Assembly: GCA_044220955.1 (NCBI GenBank)
Contig: JBGAQA010000101.1
Location: 1 to 23,419 of the forward strand
DNA length: 23,419 nucleotides
Origin: Sandaracinaceae bacterium
Lineage (GTDB): Bacteria; Myxococcota_A; Polyangia; Polyangiales; Sandaracinaceae
Direction of reading: 5' to 3'
Shown: positions 20,760 through 23,419 of the stretch, piece after piece
How the letters are laid out: each line of letters starts with the position of its first letter
Position numbering within the stretch: position 1 is the stretch's first letter
Program-made: the position numbers and the translations under genes
Notes under the pieces: generated by a model
What the model was told of the DNA's origin: nothing
Databases searched by the model: none
What the model saw: the letters and a program-made list of their open reading frames with translations, nothing else

Positions 20760-22498
20760 TGAGAGCGCTCTCGCTCGCGCTCGCGCTCGCGCTCGCCGCA
20801 TGCCAGGCGGCGCCGAGCCCCGGCGCGTCGTGCGCGCGCACCAGCGAGTGCCAGGCGGGGCTCGTCTGCCGCTACGGCCGCTGCCGCGCCGAGTGCAGCG
20901 CGAACGCCGACTGCCCGATCGGCGCGGCGTGCCTGCTCGGGAGCGACGGACGCGGCGTGTGCGGGCTGGACGCGGATCTCGGCTGCACCGACACGGGCAC
21001 CGGGCGCCGCTGCGCGAGCGGCCTGGTGTGCGTCGCCGAGCGCTGCGAGCGCCCCTGCACGGGCGCCGCCGATTGCCCCGTCGACGGCCTCTGCTTGCCG
21101 GTGGGCGACGGCACCCGCTTCTGCTTCGACGGGCGTGCCTCCGCCGACGCGGGCCTGCCGCCGATCGACGCGGGGCCAGAGGACGCCGGCGCGCGCGACG
21201 GGGGGCCGGTCGACGCCGGACCGCAGGCGCCGGACACGGGACCGATGGACGCGGCCACGAACGACGCGGCGCTGCTGCGCACGGGCGCGCTCGACGTGTG
21301 CGTCGGTCCGCGCTCGGCGTGCCTGGTGGCGGCCGACCGCAGCGTGTGGTGCTGGGGCTCGAGCGCGCGCGGCCAGCTCGGCACGGGCGGCGACTGCAAC
21401 GCGGCCGCCACGCACGTCGCCGCCCCGCTCGTGCCCGTCCCCGGCGTCGCGGGCGCGGACGCGATCACGTGCGGCGAGGACTTCGCGTGCGCGCACACGA
21501 TCGACGGACGCGTGTGGTGCTGGGGCGCGAACGACCGCGCGCAGCTCGGCCGAGCGACGACGGGCACGTGCGACGCGAGCGCGGCGCCGATCCCTTCGCT
21601 CACGACCACCGACACCGGCGCCGGCCACGGCGCGGGCGCGACGGTGGAGCTCCGCGCGTCGGGCGCGCACGCCTGCGTGCTCGATCCGGGACGGGACACG
21701 CTCGTCTGTTGGGGCGCGAACGACGGCGTCTTCGACGGAACGACGGCGAGCACCACGAGCACGACCCCGGTCGACGCGACCCTGCCGCTCACGCGACAGC
21801 CGACGTGGACCGCGATGGCCAGCCTCTCGACGTTCGCGCTCGCGCCGCGCGGCATCTGCGTCCTCACCAATCTGGGCGACGCGTTCTGCTGGGGTGACGA
21901 CACGTTCGGCCAGCTCGGGACACGGGCGCCCGCGAGTGGCGTCGCACAGCGCGTGTCGGGAATCGCGTCGGCCGTCCAGCTGACGGCGGGAGACACGTTC
22001 TTCTGCGCGCTCGACTACGTCGGCGCCGCGTACTGCTGGGGAGACTGCCGGAGCGGCGCGCTCAGCCAGGATCTCGCGCTGCTCGCCTGCGACACCACCT
22101 GCGGCCCGGGCGGCACCGACCCCTGCCTGGTGATGCCGTACCCCGTCGCGACGACGTCGGTCCGCTTCTCCGACGTCGCGAGCGCCGGTCGGACGACCTG
22201 CGGCGTGGTGACGATGCGCGAGGGCGACGGCCGCGCGCTCTGCTGGGGCGACGACGCGAGCCTGCAGGCCGGCGATCCGAGCGGCGGATACCTCACGTTC
22301 ACGGACGAGGCGGCGTCGGGCTACCCGCTCGTCTCGGACGGCCCCCGGATGCTCGACCGCCTGGCGCACGTCGCGATGGGCCCGACGGCCGCGTGCGCGA
22401 TCGACGCGCGCGGCGTGCTCGCGTGCTGGGGCGACGTCGACCTCGACCCGGCGACCGCGCCGTCGGCCACGACCTCGGTCGTCCCCCTGCCGTTCTGA
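20759..22498 (+). CDS. Predicted lipoprotein: Cys-rich N-terminal domain plus RCC1/BLIP-II-like repeats (paralog B)
   Basis: ATG overlaps the upstream stop (TGATG). MRALSLALALALAA-C. Same architecture and Cys spacing as paralog A. Confidence 0.87.
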   Translation: MRALSLALALALAACQAAPSPGASCARTSECQAGLVCRYGRCRAECSANADCPIGAACLLGSDGRGVCGLDADLGCTDTGTGRRCASGLVCVAERCERPCTGAADCPVDGLCLPVGDGTRFCFDGRASADAGLPPIDAGPEDAGARDGGPVDAGPQAPDTGPMDAATNDAALLRTGALDVCVGPRSACLVAADRSVWCWGSSARGQLGTGGDCNAAATHVAAPLVPVPGVAGADAITCGEDFACAHTIDGRVWCWGANDRAQLGRATTGTCDASAAPIPSLTTTDTGAGHGAGATVELRASGAHACVLDPGRDTLVCWGANDGVFDGTTASTTSTTPVDATLPLTRQPTWTAMASLSTFALAPRGICVLTNLGDAFCWGDDTFGQLGTRAPASGVAQRVSGIASAVQLTAGDTFFCALDYVGAAYCWGDCRSGALSQDLALLACDTTCGPGGTDPCLVMPYPVATTSVRFSDVASAGRTTCGVVTMREGDGRALCWGDDASLQAGDPSGGYLTFTDEAASGYPLVSDGPRMLDRLAHVAMGPTAACAIDARGVLACWGDVDLDPATAPSATTSVVPLPF

Positions 22499-22528
22499 CC
22501 TTCAGCGCTCTGGAGTAAGAATCGACCC

Positions 22529-22909
22529 ATGCAACGAGATCGCATCGCGTCGGCGACCTTTCAGGAGATCTGGGCCGAGGTCGTCGATCCGCTCTACATC
22601 GAGGCGGCGAGCCGCCCCGCAGAGGTACCCGCGCGGCCCGAGGTCGTGCTCGACGTCCTCGCCCTCTGGCTGCTGCATTCGGTGGCCGCGCGGAGCGGCC
22701 TCGCCTCGCTGGTGGCCGAGGAGCCCCCTTGGATGGGCGCGCGCGTCGCCGCCGCGGCGCGTCGCCTCGGTCTCGACGACGTCGCCGACCTCTGGGAACG
22801 CGCTGCGCTCGACACGCTCGAGCGTCTGCTCGTGTCCGGCCGCCACGCCGCGCTGAACGAGTGGCTCGTCGAGAAGATCCGGCAGCACCCCGACGCGTTC
22901 GGCGCGTGA
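22529..22909 (+). CDS. Hypothetical helical protein, possibly divergent DUF4375/DMP19-like
   Basis: 126 aa with plausible codon usage. The pattern LWLLHSVAARSGL...AAARRLGLDDVADLWERA...LVEKIRQHPDAF loosely recalls DUF4375; family call tentative. Confidence 0.6.
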   Translation: MQRDRIASATFQEIWAEVVDPLYIEAASRPAEVPARPEVVLDVLALWLLHSVAARSGLASLVAEEPPWMGARVAAAARRLGLDDVADLWERAALDTLERLLVSGRHAALNEWLVEKIRQHPDAFGA

Positions 22910-22994
22910 TGCCGCGGGGTCGTCGCCGAAGAGGGCGCCGCGGGGACACGAGCGGCGCTCGGGCGCACGAGATGCGCAGGATCCCGGCCGTCCG

Positions 22995-23419
22995 TCACCC
23001 CACGCGCGTGGCGTCGTCGTCGTCGAACGGGCTCGGCTGCACCTGCGTCGCCTCGCTCTCCAGCTCACCCGAGTCGAGCGAAGGGTGGGCCGTGGCGTCG
23101 AAGCTCGGCGTCGACGCAGGCGCGAACGGGAGGGGCTGCGACTGCGGGAGGGGCCGCGGCGCAGGGGCCGACGCGTAGGGCTGCGGCTGCGGAAACGGCC
23201 GCGGCGCCGGGGCGGACGCCTGCGGATGCGGCGGCGGGAGGGGACCCGGCGCGGGGGCCGACGCGTAGGGTTGCGGGGCGGGCGCGGGCGCAGACGCGTA
23301 GGGCCGCGGCTGCGGCGCGGGCGCGTAGGGCTGTGGCGCGGGCGCGTGGGCCTGCGGCGCGGGCGCGAACGCCTGCGGCGCCGGTGCGTAGGGCTGCGGC
23401 GCGGGCGCGTAGGGCTGGG
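22995..23419 (-). CDS. C-terminal part of a Pro/Ala/Gln/Tyr-rich protein (5' end outside window)
   Basis: Minus frame ...QPYAPAPQPYAPAPQAFAPAPQAHAPAPQPYAPAPQPRPYASAPAP...ELESEATQVQPSPFDDDDATRVG, stop at 22997-22995. Confidence 0.8.
   Translation of the reverse strand, partial: QPYAPAPQPYAPAPQAFAPAPQAHAPAPQPYAPAPQPRPYASAPAPAPQPYASAPAPGPLPPPHPQASAPAPRPFPQPQPYASAPAPRPLPQSQPLPFAPASTPSFDATAHPSLDSGELESEATQVQPSPFDDDDATRVG
23310..23419 (-). repeat. 21-nt tandem repeat encoding APAPQ(P/A)(Y/F/H) heptads; degenerate copies extend to about 23140
   Basis: Plus-strand unit similar to CTGCGGCGCGGGCGCGTAGGG, repeated about 5 times up to the window edge. Confidence 0.85.

Noticed and set aside
18963..20801. 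N-terminal extension of ccmF in track ORF 16236..20801
   Set aside because: Antisense to RCC1-like paralog A; CcmF similarity starts at ATG 18962.

Overview
Very GC-rich (roughly 75% by eye) bacterial chromosomal DNA. Gene content and protein style (Cys/Asp-rich lipoproteins with DAG-type linkers, RCC1-like repeats, fused ccmF-ccmH) point to a myxobacterium, probably Polyangiales/Sandaracinaceae-like; this is inference. The window holds housekeeping genes (hemC, tdh, guaB, qor, yheU-like, a DODA/LigB-type dioxygenase, ccmF-ccmH), an ECF sigma / ChrR-like cupin pair, a degenerate AddA/UvrD-like helicase, four Cys-rich predicted lipoproteins and several hypotheticals. I found no rRNA, tRNA, CRISPR array or transposase, and no clearly self-contained new multi-gene system. 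The most notable observations are: (1) a TANNNT -10-like hexamer 6-9 nt upstream of the start codon of eight genes, suggesting widespread leaderless or near-leaderless transcripts; (2) an AddA-like protein lacking Walker A and with an apparently dead nuclease domain, colliding head-to-head with a small Zn-ribbon-like gene; (3) a GATCC-N16-CGTA ECF-type promoter in front of the ECF/ChrR-like pair; (4) a Tat-signal-bearing DODA-type dioxygenase with a second internal start; (5) a CcmF-CcmH fusion retaining an internal signal-peptide-like segment. All family calls come from motif recognition by eye, not database searches.
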